Position numbers and translations under genes: made by a program
Shown here: piece by piece, positions 1 to 9,237 of the stretch
Layout of the letters: every line of letters starts with the position of its first letter
Numbering within the stretch: position 1 is the first letter of the stretch
The notes under the pieces: model-generated
Database searches by the model: none
What the model saw: only the letters and a program-made list of their open reading frames with translations
Told to the model about the DNA's origin: nothing
Assembly: GCA_048941265.1 (NCBI GenBank)
Contig: JBHLNT010000021.1
Coordinates: 1-30,856 of the forward strand
DNA length: 30,856 nucleotides
Direction of reading: 5' to 3'
From: Promethearchaeota archaeon
GTDB lineage: Archaea; Asgardarchaeota; Lokiarchaeia; Sigyniarchaeales; SOKP01

Positions 1-2
1 TA

Positions 3-2327
3 GGAACTACAACTGCTTATGTATATTCGTTTTTGACGACTTTTTTTATATCAGGAGAAGTTTTCTATGAGGCAATGAGTTTGATCTTTGCATTTATATT
101 AGTAGGAAAATACCTTGAACATAAAACAAAAGGGCAGGCATCAGAAGCTATTAAAAAATTAATTGGACTACAACCAAAAACAGCAACTCTATTAAAAGAT
201 GATGGAGAAATTGAGATTCCAATCGAGGAAATCGAAGTCGGAGATATATTAATAGTACGACCAGGTGAAAAAATCCCTGTGGATGGAAGAGTAATTAAAG
301 GCAAAACTAAGGTTGATGAATCTATGATTACGGGAGAGAGCCAATATGTAAAGAAAGAAGTAGATAGTGAGGTAATTGGAGCAACAGTTAATCAAACTGG
401 ATTGATTCAAATGATAACAGAAAAAATCGGGAAAGAGACGATGCTATTTCAGATTATTGAATTTGTAAAAGATGCTCAGTCCAGAAAAGGAGCTAAACAA
501 CGTTTAGCGGATAAAGTTAGTAATTATTTTGTACCTATAGTAGTTATTACTGCAGTAATGGCCTTTATCTATTGGTATTTTATTGCAGGTGCGGGTCTTG
601 AGATTGCATTACTAGTATTTACATCAATAGTAGTTATTTCTTGTCCATGTGCCCTTGGTTTGGCAATTCCAACAGCAATAATGGTTGGAACGGGTAAAGG
701 AGCCGAAAACGGAATATTAGTTAAAGGTGGTGATTCATTGGAATCAATAAATGGGATCAATACCATAGTTTTCGATAAAACTGGAACATTAACTGTCGGA
801 AAACCAAAAGTAACAAAAGTAATTACAGAGAAACAGATAGCAAGTACGGGTTTAGAGGAAAAAGAACTTCTATACTATGCTGGTAGTGCTGAAATGGGTT
901 CTGAACACCCTCTTGGACAAGCAATTATAGAAGAGGCAAATCAAAAAGGATTAAAACTTATTTCTCCAACTGATTTTGATGCTATTCCGGGAGAAGGAGT
1001 GTCTACAAATATTAATGGGAAGAGAGTCTTAATAGGAAATGAAAAGTTGTTTTTAGAAAATAATATAACATTTGAAAATTTCAAATCTAAATTTGATGAA
1101 CTTCAACAAAGAGGTATTACAACAATATTGATTGGAATTGATGGAACTGTTAAGGGTATAATAGGTATTTCAGATAAAATTAAAGAACAAACTCCCTATG
1201 CACTCCAAAAATTAAGAGAAAAGGGCATAGACCTCTTCATGTTAACTGGTGATAATAGACAAACAGCTCTCAGTATCGGACAGGAATTAGAATTTGATGA
1301 AAAACATATTTTAGCAGAAGTACTACCCAATGAAAAAGCTTTGACTATAAAAAATCTTCAAGATTCTGATGAAAATCGCATTGTTGCCATGGTTGGAGAT
1401 GGTATTAACGATGCTCCAGCTTTAGCTCAAGCCGATGTTGGAATCGCGGTGGGATCCGGCACAGATGTAGCTATTGAAACAGCGGATATTGTTCTTATGA
1501 GAGGTGATTTGAGAAATGTTGTATCAGCTATTAACCTCTCTAGAAAAACGTATAAAAAAATGATTACAAATCTCTTTTGGGCGTTTATTTATAATATTAT
1601 TGGAATTCCTCTAGCTGCTGGTTTACTATTTGCTTTAACGGGATATTTTTTACCTCCATACTTAGCAGCTGTCTTTATGGCAACAAGTTCAGTCTCAGTA
1701 GTTACTAATGCTCTTTTATTAAAGAGATATGAACCAAAAACTAAACAACAAGTTGAAGAAATGAAATTATTGACTGAAACAAAAGTTATAGATCCAATAT
1801 GTGGTATGGAAATAATCCCTAGCCAATCAATTGAATATACATACAAAGGTAAAAACTATTATTTCTGCAATCCATCGTGTGAAGCAGAGTTTAAACGAAA
1901 CCCTGAAAAATATAAGGACTTTAACAATATTGATCCCAAATTAATGCAAAAAGGTATGACAGAAACGAAATTAGTGACTGATCCTGTCTGTGGCATGAAA
2001 GGAAAACCAGAAGATTGGATTGAGCATGAATATAATGGCAAGAAATATTACTTTTGCAATCAATCATGTGAAGTTGAATTTAAAAAAAATCCTGAGAAAT
2101 ATATCAAAATTGATGAAAATAAAGAAATAATTGAACCAAAAAAGGAGGTTGAAGAAAAAGTGGGAAAATTAAAATGTGTGGAATGTGGTACAGAGCAGGA
2201 CTTACCAATGCATTGTGGTAAGCCTATGCATAAGGAAGGAGACCAATTAGTTTGTTGGATGGGTGCGTCCTGTGGAGCTCAACCCATCCCAGAACACCAT
2301 GGAAAACCTATGGAAGTAATAGAATAA
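3..2327 (+). CDS. copA: Cu(I)-translocating P1B-type ATPase, 5'-truncated, with two C-terminal YHS/TRASH domains and a further Cys/His domain
   Basis: Frame is open upstream of the called TTG at 33 ([10 protein letters not shown]), so the gene begins before the window. Motifs [32 protein letters not shown] and MATSS are typical of P1B-1 ATPases. Tail has DPICGM...YYFCNPSC and DPVCGM...YYFCNQSC repeats. Confidence 0.95.
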   Translation, partial: GTTTAYVYSFLTTFFISGEVFYEAMSLIFAFILVGKYLEHKTKGQASEAIKKLIGLQPKTATLLKDDGEIEIPIEEIEVGDILIVRPGEKIPVDGRVIKGKTKVDESMITGESQYVKKEVDSEVIGATVNQTGLIQMITEKIGKETMLFQIIEFVKDAQSRKGAKQRLADKVSNYFVPIVVITAVMAFIYWYFIAGAGLEIALLVFTSIVVISCPCALGLAIPTAIMVGTGKGAENGILVKGGDSLESINGINTIVFDKTGTLTVGKPKVTKVITEKQIASTGLEEKELLYYAGSAEMGSEHPLGQAIIEEANQKGLKLISPTDFDAIPGEGVSTNINGKRVLIGNEKLFLENNITFENFKSKFDELQQRGITTILIGIDGTVKGIIGISDKIKEQTPYALQKLREKGIDLFMLTGDNRQTALSIGQELEFDEKHILAEVLPNEKALTIKNLQDSDENRIVAMVGDGINDAPALAQADVGIAVGSGTDVAIETADIVLMRGDLRNVVSAINLSRKTYKKMITNLFWAFIYNIIGIPLAAGLLFALTGYFLPPYLAAVFMATSSVSVVTNALLLKRYEPKTKQQVEEMKLLTETKVIDPICGMEIIPSQSIEYTYKGKNYYFCNPSCEAEFKRNPEKYKDFNNIDPKLMQKGMTETKLVTDPVCGMKGKPEDWIEHEYNGKKYYFCNQSCEVEFKKNPEKYIKIDENKEIIEPKKEVEEKVGKLKCVECGTEQDLPMHCGKPMHKEGDQLVCWMGASCGAQPIPEHHGKPMEVIE

Positions 2328-2329
2328 AT

Positions 2330-2360
2330 TCTTCCTTTTTTTTTAATTTTTTAGTTTTTT
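2330..2360 (+). terminator. Probable archaeal oligo-T terminator after copA
   Basis: Several T runs (cttccttttttttta attttttagtttttt) directly after the stop codon. Confidence 0.5.
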
Positions 2361-2540
2361 AAAGCTTTGATTTATTATAAATCCTATCTTATATGTGAAT
2401 TTCATTTAATCTCATTTAAATTAACGCTAATAATTTAATTTAGGCAATTTAGAAAGATATAAATATCACTTATAAGTAAAAGATTTTAGAAGTTTATTTT
2501 AAGATTTGATAATAATTAAAAAAATTGGAAGGAAAAAGAT

Positions 2541-3278
2541 ATGGCTTTTGAAGATTTAACACAGTCAGACGTTCTCTATGGTAGTTTAAGTTTAATCTTG
2601 GTCTTAGTATCGACAATTGTGGGTCTACGGATTATATCAAAATATTTTTCGTATAAAGAAAAGACACTTCTAACAGTTGGGCTAGCATGGGCTTTTATTA
2701 CATCTGCATGGTGGGTCTCTGCTTTTCAATTTATCTTTATTGCGTTATTTAATTACAAATTTACACCTTATGTATATCTTCTAATAGAAAATGCGTTCAC
2801 CCCCTTTGCGATAATTTTTTGGATATATTCTTTTTGCGCTCTTATGAGATTAAAATCTCAAAAGATCATCGTTTCTATATATGTGGTAATATGCGCTCTA
2901 TTTGAAGTGATACTTTTTACTTTACTTAGCATAAATACTGAGCTGGTTGGAACAGGTATTGAGGAGGGGATCTTTACTTCTAGACTTACAGATTTTTTCA
3001 TTGGTTTTCAAATATTTGCAATATTATCAATAGTGATAACAGGTATAATCTTTTCAAGAAAATCATTACAATCGGAAAAATCGGATATCAAATGGAAAGG
3101 AGTTTTTCTCTTAATTGCATTTCTTTCAATAGCGTTTGGAGCAGCCTTAGAGGCTATTTTTCTTTTAGGACCATTGGAATTAATTTTAGTACGTGCATTA
3201 CTTATCTCTGGTAGTATTGAATTTTACTTTGGCTTTTTTCTGCCTAAGCCAATAGCTAAAATATTAGTAAAAGAATGA
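2541..3278 (+). CDS. Uncharacterised integral membrane protein, about 7 TM helices
   Basis: About seven hydrophobic segments, purine-rich RBS (ggaagga) before ATG, no soluble domain. Confidence 0.85.
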   Translation: MAFEDLTQSDVLYGSLSLILVLVSTIVGLRIISKYFSYKEKTLLTVGLAWAFITSAWWVSAFQFIFIALFNYKFTPYVYLLIENAFTPFAIIFWIYSFCALMRLKSQKIIVSIYVVICALFEVILFTLLSINTELVGTGIEEGIFTSRLTDFFIGFQIFAILSIVITGIIFSRKSLQSEKSDIKWKGVFLLIAFLSIAFGAALEAIFLLGPLELILVRALLISGSIEFYFGFFLPKPIAKILVKE

Positions 3279-3475
3279 AAATAAACTTTATTCTTAACTT
3301 TTTTTAATTTCTTCTATTTAATACTAATCTTATTCTATTATATTTTATAATTAATAATATAAAAGCGATTAAGATTTACAATGATTCTTCCGAAAGGTCA
3401 AATAAAGTGAAGTCAGAGCTTTTTTATTATTAAATTTGTTTTTATTTTTTGGGAAAAAAATGGAGGTTATTTAAT

Positions 3476-3655
3476 ATGGTAAATATGAGATGTTGCATAT
3501 GTGGGAATAAAATTGAGACGATTCCAGTTCATTGTGGGGAAGATATGATTTATAACGAACAAACTAATCAATGGGAGTGCTATATGGGTCCTGAATGTGG
3601 GTATATAAAATTAGATAAGCTTTTTTGCTCACGGTGTGCAGATTCTGAATGTTAA
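3476..3655 (+). CDS. Small Cys/His-rich metal-binding protein homologous to the CopA C-terminal domain
   Basis: GGAGGT at 3462-3467 precedes in-frame ATG 3476. Pattern CxxCG...PVHCGEDM...CYMGPECG...CxxC matches the copA tail. Confidence 0.85.
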   Translation: MVNMRCCICGNKIETIPVHCGEDMIYNEQTNQWECYMGPECGYIKLDKLFCSRCADSEC

Positions 3656-3686
3656 ATTTAAAATTTAATAATTTATTATTCTCATC

Positions 3687-4847
3687 TTAATTACAAAAAT
3701 CTAAGATTGTTCCTATTAGGATCCGAGCGGTAGAAACAACAGATTTAAAATCTACATATTCAAGTGAACTATGAGATCCTACGCCTTTTGCTCCAAAAAG
3801 AATTGTAGGGATCCCAGCATCATTTAGGATTGCTGCATCTGTCCAACCGCTAAATCCGCTAAATTTGATTTTACGATTTAATACTTCACTGCATATTTTA
3901 AACAGTGATTTAGCTATGGGTTGATTTGATGATACTTCTAAAGGCGATCGATAAAAAAGTAAATCAAAATCCGCTTTAAATTTATTATCTTCTCCACTTA
4001 AATTTGTAATTAAATTTTTTATTTCTTGAGTTATATAATCACGGTCCTCTCCTGGTAATGTCCTTCTCTCTAATTGAATCTCACAATAATCAGGATATGT
4101 ACTTAATTCAATACCCCCTTTGATAAGAGACGCATGTAATGAAGGAGAACTGAGTAATGGATGTTTTTTTTGAGAAAGAATCATTTTCTCCAAATCTTCT
4201 AGTTTTGCCAAAAATTTACCACCCTTAACTATAGCATCGACGCCAAACTCAGGTAGACTTCCATGTGCCGATTTTCCATGGATAATTACCTTGATCCATG
4301 CAAATCCCTTATGAGCTATAACAATTTGCAGATTAGAGGGTTCACAAATAATAGCAGCATCAGCATGATATTCTTCGATCAACTTTTCAGTTCCTAAACT
4401 GGCATATTCCTCATCTGCGACAAAAGTTAAAATGATATCTCCTTTTATTTTTATATTATTTTCAATTAATGTTTTAATAGCTAGAATAATCGCAGCAAGC
4501 CCACTTTTCATATCATTAGCTCCTCTTCCGTAAACTTTTCCTTCCTTAAAAACAGGATTAAATGGCTCTATTTCCATACCACTAATACTAACCGTGTCGG
4601 TATGTCCATTTAACATTATACTTTTTCCGGAGCCCGTCCCCTTAAGTATACCTATGGTATTTAATCTTCCATCACCTATATCTTGATGCTTTACTTCCAG
4701 CCCAATTTCTTTTAAATAATCTCCTATATATTTTGCGATCTCAGCTTCCCCACTTCCTTTCTTAGATAATGTAGGATTAATGGATTCAATCCTGATTAGC
4801 TCTTGCAATAACTCTAATAACTCTTTTTCATTAATATTGAAATTCAT
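3687..4847 (-). CDS. M20 family ArgE/DapE-like metallo-deacylase
   Basis: LNGHTDTV, GRGANDMKSG, ADEE, ICEPS, GKSAHGS, GWTDA and C-terminal His. Confidence 0.92.
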   Translation of the reverse strand: MNFNINEKELLELLQELIRIESINPTLSKKGSGEAEIAKYIGDYLKEIGLEVKHQDIGDGRLNTIGILKGTGSGKSIMLNGHTDTVSISGMEIEPFNPVFKEGKVYGRGANDMKSGLAAIILAIKTLIENNIKIKGDIILTFVADEEYASLGTEKLIEEYHADAAIICEPSNLQIVIAHKGFAWIKVIIHGKSAHGSLPEFGVDAIVKGGKFLAKLEDLEKMILSQKKHPLLSSPSLHASLIKGGIELSTYPDYCEIQLERRTLPGEDRDYITQEIKNLITNLSGEDNKFKADFDLLFYRSPLEVSSNQPIAKSLFKICSEVLNRKIKFSGFSGWTDAAILNDAGIPTILFGAKGVGSHSSLEYVDFKSVVSTARILIGTILDFCN

Positions 4848-4960
4848 TTTCTTATTTCTCCAATTAAATTTATTATCTGTTTATAATTTATCGCTTTAAA
4901 TAGCGAAGATTGGATTAGATTAAATAAATAAAAGTAAAAAAATTGAAAACTTTCGTATTT

Positions 4961-7336
4961 TTATTTTTTCTTAAGCTTACCGATAATTCTTGGAAGTTTT
5001 TTGATATCTGGTAATGTAATTAGTTCTTTAGTAAATAATGGATAATAATCAATTAAACGATCCAGGATGGTTCGCCATGCTTTTTGACTTTCCGTTTGAT
5101 TTGGAATTTTTCTTTTAATACTTGCTAAGATGGTGCTAGTGGTTTTCTGTTTCAAAAGTGGTATTAATTTCTTAATTACCCTAATTCTTACTTCAGAAAA
5201 ATCCTCTGGTCTAAAATTAGCTAAAGCATAACTTATTTCATCATCCGCAATAGGAAAGAATTTGATTTTCTTATCTTCGGGCTCCTCAGGATTTTTAATT
5301 AAAGTGAGCTCAAGGTCAGATTTACTTAAACTTTCAAGAATCAGAAATATCTCCCCGACAGTAATCCTAGTTGCCATAGAAATTTGATTAACAATATGCG
5401 AAATTGGATAATGATAATCGGGATAACTTTCAGTATTCTCAATCCTATATAAATACTCCTTCTTTAAAATTTCTAAAATTTGATTTTTTAAATACTCGGG
5501 GAGTTTTCTTTCTGTAAAGGCAATCTCTCTTTTTGCTTTTTCCTCTAATACTTCTTTTTCTTTTTGTTTTTTCGTATAAGTTGAGGCAAGGGAAGCAATA
5601 AACTGATCGGATGCTTTTTCCTTTTCTAAAGGAGTAGTTACTCTTAATGCTTTTCTCTCTTTAGCTGATGTAGTTTCAATCAATTTTCGAGAAAGGAAAC
5701 GTTTTGCTTTTTCCTCCGCATCTCCCTTTTTTTCAAATTGCTCAGTAATAGAATGAAATTCAACCATCTGAACTACTTTTCCCGACTTATCTCTCTTTCG
5801 GGAGATAGATACATCTACCTTTTGAGTATCCAATCTTTTAACGAGTGAATGAACTTCCCCTTTTGAAAGTTTAGTAGCTTTAATGAGCTCTCGTTCCAAA
5901 ATCTCTAAGGGATACTCATCACCTCTTCGGATATACTCACTTTTAATAAGCTTGTAAATTATATCCATAGTGTCTTCTTCCTCTTTCACTGTTTCTTTTT
6001 GTAATCGCATAAACATTGATGTTTCATGGGGTTTCAAGTAATACAATAACAGAGTGATCCCTAAGAATGTTATCATTAAAATGGAAATTACATATCTATT
6101 TGCCATTAGAATTGTTCCAAATAGCGTTAATTCCTGATTTTCAATCTGACTAGCTAAAGCAAATGCAGTTAAAGAATCAGCAAAAACACACGCAAGAAAA
6201 AACAAAATTAAACCATCTCTTTTGAAAAATAAAATTCTCCAATCAAAAGTTCCTCCTAATTTAATGATTATTCGATAAAGAAAAATCATAGAGATACCGA
6301 ATTGGATTAAATAAAGGTATGTGAGAGCTGTTCCACTAGCTCCAACTGTACTTTTAAATCCTGCGATTGTTTCAGGCCTCAAAAGTAAAAATATACTAAC
6401 CTGCAATATCTGAAAGAAAAATATAAATAAAATTATTAGAGAAAAGGTAAAATTATCATAACAGCCAGCTTTCCTTGTTTCAGCTTTTCTTCTCGTAGCA
6501 AAAAATTCTACTACAATAAATACGAGTGTTAAAACCAAACTAAAGTAAATTAGAGGCATTACTACTCGCATTCCAAAGTTATAAACTCTAACCGCATTTA
6601 CAGGATCTTTCTCTCCAAAAAAGTCTAAAGCAATAAATACAAGCAAGCTTCTATAAAATAAAGATATAATAATAAGTATGGACATAATGATAAACGGTGT
6701 AATTAAAGCAAGAAGATATCTGGAATAAGAATATTTTGAGATGAATTTTGCCTCTATTTTTGTCGAAGTTTTTCTCGATAAAGTATAGTATCTTGAGCTT
6801 AATAGAATTAACCAAATCATAGAAAAGATGAGAAAATAATTTATCCAATTAACACTTGTTCCGTAAAATGAGAATATTATATAATATACGGCAATTATTG
6901 CTCCAAATATGATCGGCTGTTTTATTTGTGTCATATTTTCAAATATAAACAGCCTGAATTTATCATAATTTAATACTATTGCTAGCGTTAAAAAGAATAA
7001 AAATATTGCATTAGCAAAAGCAAAAGGATTACCAAACATGAATATTACAAATATAAGATTTTCAGGGTCATTTATTCCTAAAATTAAAACAAATGAATAA
7101 AAAACAAATAAAAGATATAACCCCATAAATTTTTTTTCAAAAGCAAAGGATTTTGGAGGCTCTTTTCCTTTAACATAAATTTCTCTATGAATCACGTAAG
7201 CTTTTAATTTTTCATATTTTTTGTTAATCTTATCCTTAACTATTGTTGATAAAGGTTTACTAACCTTTTTCTCTTTATCTTTTGAAATTTTTAGCCTTTT
7301 TGAGGTTTCCTTTGCTTTAGAGTTCTTTTCAGACAT
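4961..7336 (-). CDS. Large polytopic membrane protein (about 10-11 TM) with cytoplasmic C-terminal region containing two winged-helix-like repeats
   Basis: Hydrophobic residues about 70-433. Soluble tail repeats IYKLIKSEY...YPLEILERELIKATKLSKGEVHSLVKRL and ILEILKKEY...YPISHIVNQISMATRITVGEIFLILESL. Confidence 0.8.
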   Translation of the reverse strand: MSEKNSKAKETSKRLKISKDKEKKVSKPLSTIVKDKINKKYEKLKAYVIHREIYVKGKEPPKSFAFEKKFMGLYLLFVFYSFVLILGINDPENLIFVIFMFGNPFAFANAIFLFFLTLAIVLNYDKFRLFIFENMTQIKQPIIFGAIIAVYYIIFSFYGTSVNWINYFLIFSMIWLILLSSRYYTLSRKTSTKIEAKFISKYSYSRYLLALITPFIIMSILIIISLFYRSLLVFIALDFFGEKDPVNAVRVYNFGMRVVMPLIYFSLVLTLVFIVVEFFATRRKAETRKAGCYDNFTFSLIILFIFFFQILQVSIFLLLRPETIAGFKSTVGASGTALTYLYLIQFGISMIFLYRIIIKLGGTFDWRILFFKRDGLILFFLACVFADSLTAFALASQIENQELTLFGTILMANRYVISILMITFLGITLLLYYLKPHETSMFMRLQKETVKEEEDTMDIIYKLIKSEYIRRGDEYPLEILERELIKATKLSKGEVHSLVKRLDTQKVDVSISRKRDKSGKVVQMVEFHSITEQFEKKGDAEEKAKRFLSRKLIETTSAKERKALRVTTPLEKEKASDQFIASLASTYTKKQKEKEVLEEKAKREIAFTERKLPEYLKNQILEILKKEYLYRIENTESYPDYHYPISHIVNQISMATRITVGEIFLILESLSKSDLELTLIKNPEEPEDKKIKFFPIADDEISYALANFRPEDFSEVRIRVIKKLIPLLKQKTTSTILASIKRKIPNQTESQKAWRTILDRLIDYYPLFTKELITLPDIKKLPRIIGKLKKK

Positions 7337-7566
7337 TTCTGTAATGAAGTTGTTATTATATATTCCTTAGATATATATTATTTGAACCTATATTAAAGAT
7401 TACTATAGGGTTATAATAAAGATAATAATTGTATTCCGTTTTAAGTTTTTTCTAACAAATTTCAGAAGTTTTAACATATTTACTTGGATATGAAATATAA
7501 ACTCGATAATAATTTTTAAAAAGTATAAAAAACATAATCTATATGTTAAATCAGATATAGATTACT

Positions 7567-7848
7567 ATGATGGAAAAGGAACAAAATCTCGAAAAAGAAA
7601 AATTAGTATTATTAATAAAAAAAGCCATCGAAGTACTTTGCGAAAAAAATATTTCTGACGTTGTTATACTAAGTTCTTATAAAATTAATTCAGTTCTAAA
7701 GGAGCAATACGGTTTAGATATCAAAGCGGATAGAATTGGAAGAATTCTGTCAAATATCGCTAAAAGGAATCAATTAAAAAGATTAAGTACAAACATTCCA
7801 AAATACAAACTACATATCTCGAATATAACAAACTTAAAATTCTTTTAA
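7567..7848 (+). CDS. Small basic hypothetical protein, probable winged-helix fold
   Basis: 93 aa, helix-strand-helix-turn-helix-wing pattern (SSYKINSVLKEQYGLDIKADRIGRILSNIAK...IPKYKL). Overlaps the 3' end of the convergent MPN gene by 15 nt. Confidence 0.7.
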   Translation: MMEKEQNLEKEKLVLLIKKAIEVLCEKNISDVVILSSYKINSVLKEQYGLDIKADRIGRILSNIAKRNQLKRLSTNIPKYKLHISNITNLKFF

Positions 7849-9222
7849 GTTGTTTGCTACATTCTGAAATTTTTTAACAAAGTTGCTAATTTTCGAATAA
7901 TCCTCCTTAATTCTATTTAACTCATCGTTCAATTTTTTAATTTCTGAATCAATCATTTGTTCAAATGAAGTAAAACTTCCATTTATCCCAGTTTTTATGT
8001 TATTAGAAATAGTATTTGTATTATCTGTGATTTTTGAGATTTTCTGTGAAGAATTCTTTATTAATTCATCTATTTCCGAAGTCTTAAGAGATGCTTTTTT
8101 TAGACTATCTGATAATTCTTGAGTTTTATTTTCAATTTCAGTTGTCAAATTTTTGAAATTTTTATTCAAATTAGAATCATAATTACTTATAATCTCGCTT
8201 TTGGTATTTGATGATTGGCTAACTAATTCTTTTTGAGCCTGTTTTTGTTTGTCTATCTCTTGATAAAATTGCCCTTTAAATCCATCCACAATTTCATTTA
8301 AATTTCTATTTAACCAACCATCTAATTTGTCAAATCCAGATGTAATTTTTTCTTTCATATGGGTCAAACTATCACGAATTAATTCAGAGCCATTTAAAGT
8401 TCCTTGATTCACATCCTTTGTCCAATCTCCTACATGAGTTTCAAAAATTGTTGAGAATATTTCTGAAAATTGTGAGGAGCCTTCTTGAAAACCTGAAATT
8501 ATTGGCTTCATCACACTTTGACCCTCTCTTTTTTTTAAAATAGCCATTTCTATCTCTGATTTTGGTATTTCTTGAAGATCACTTGGTGCTGTATCAATTA
8601 ACTCATTAAACTCCTTAATTAAAATTGGTTCTCGCTTTTGGGTGTCTTCTACAAATTTTTGTATCCATTTGTAATAATCTAAGGTATTAGGAGGTTCAAG
8701 TTCATAGGTTACTTTATGGTGGTCTTTTGCCATTTGATCTAAATAATTATCTAAGCGATAAATTTCAAATCCAAGGTTTTCGTCTTTACCCATTAGAGTA
8801 TGGTCAAAAACAATACAAAAAGCATAGGGTTTCTGTTCAGTTTGAAAAAATCGATGATTTTTTAATCCAATATCTGAAAAAAATAAACCCCAACCTGGAT
8901 GTGATAAATAAAAACCAACAATATGAAGATCTTGACTAGTATAATGTTCTTCAATTTTTTTAAAAGTTATGTAATTTTCTTGTGAAAAGCCATTTGATAC
9001 TTGAGGTCCATGATTTATAGGAATAGCATTTACCAAAATTACATCAATACCGTTAGGTTGGACTTTTCCTAAACAAATTCCCATAACTTCTACACTATTT
9101 TCTAAAGCATTACTACCAAACCTTAATACATGGGTAATCATGTTTCGAAAAGCTTCTTTAGAAATATGAACTTTTCCTTGTTTAAATTTAGATTTATTTT
9201 CATCCTTTAATGGTACAGACAT
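7834..9222 (-). CDS. MPN-domain protein with degenerate JAMM motif (MPN-minus) and long coiled-coil tail
   Basis: VHISKEAFRNMITH...EVMGICLG is MPN-like. Motif reads FYLSHPGWGLFFSDIG (first His to Leu, Asp to Gly). C-terminal half is helical/heptad-rich. Confidence 0.9.
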   Translation of the reverse strand: MSVPLKDENKSKFKQGKVHISKEAFRNMITHVLRFGSNALENSVEVMGICLGKVQPNGIDVILVNAIPINHGPQVSNGFSQENYITFKKIEEHYTSQDLHIVGFYLSHPGWGLFFSDIGLKNHRFFQTEQKPYAFCIVFDHTLMGKDENLGFEIYRLDNYLDQMAKDHHKVTYELEPPNTLDYYKWIQKFVEDTQKREPILIKEFNELIDTAPSDLQEIPKSEIEMAILKKREGQSVMKPIISGFQEGSSQFSEIFSTIFETHVGDWTKDVNQGTLNGSELIRDSLTHMKEKITSGFDKLDGWLNRNLNEIVDGFKGQFYQEIDKQKQAQKELVSQSSNTKSEIISNYDSNLNKNFKNLTTEIENKTQELSDSLKKASLKTSEIDELIKNSSQKISKITDNTNTISNNIKTGINGSFTSFEQMIDSEIKKLNDELNRIKEDYSKISNFVKKFQNVANNLKEF

Positions 9223-9237
9223 CTCTTTTTAATTTCC

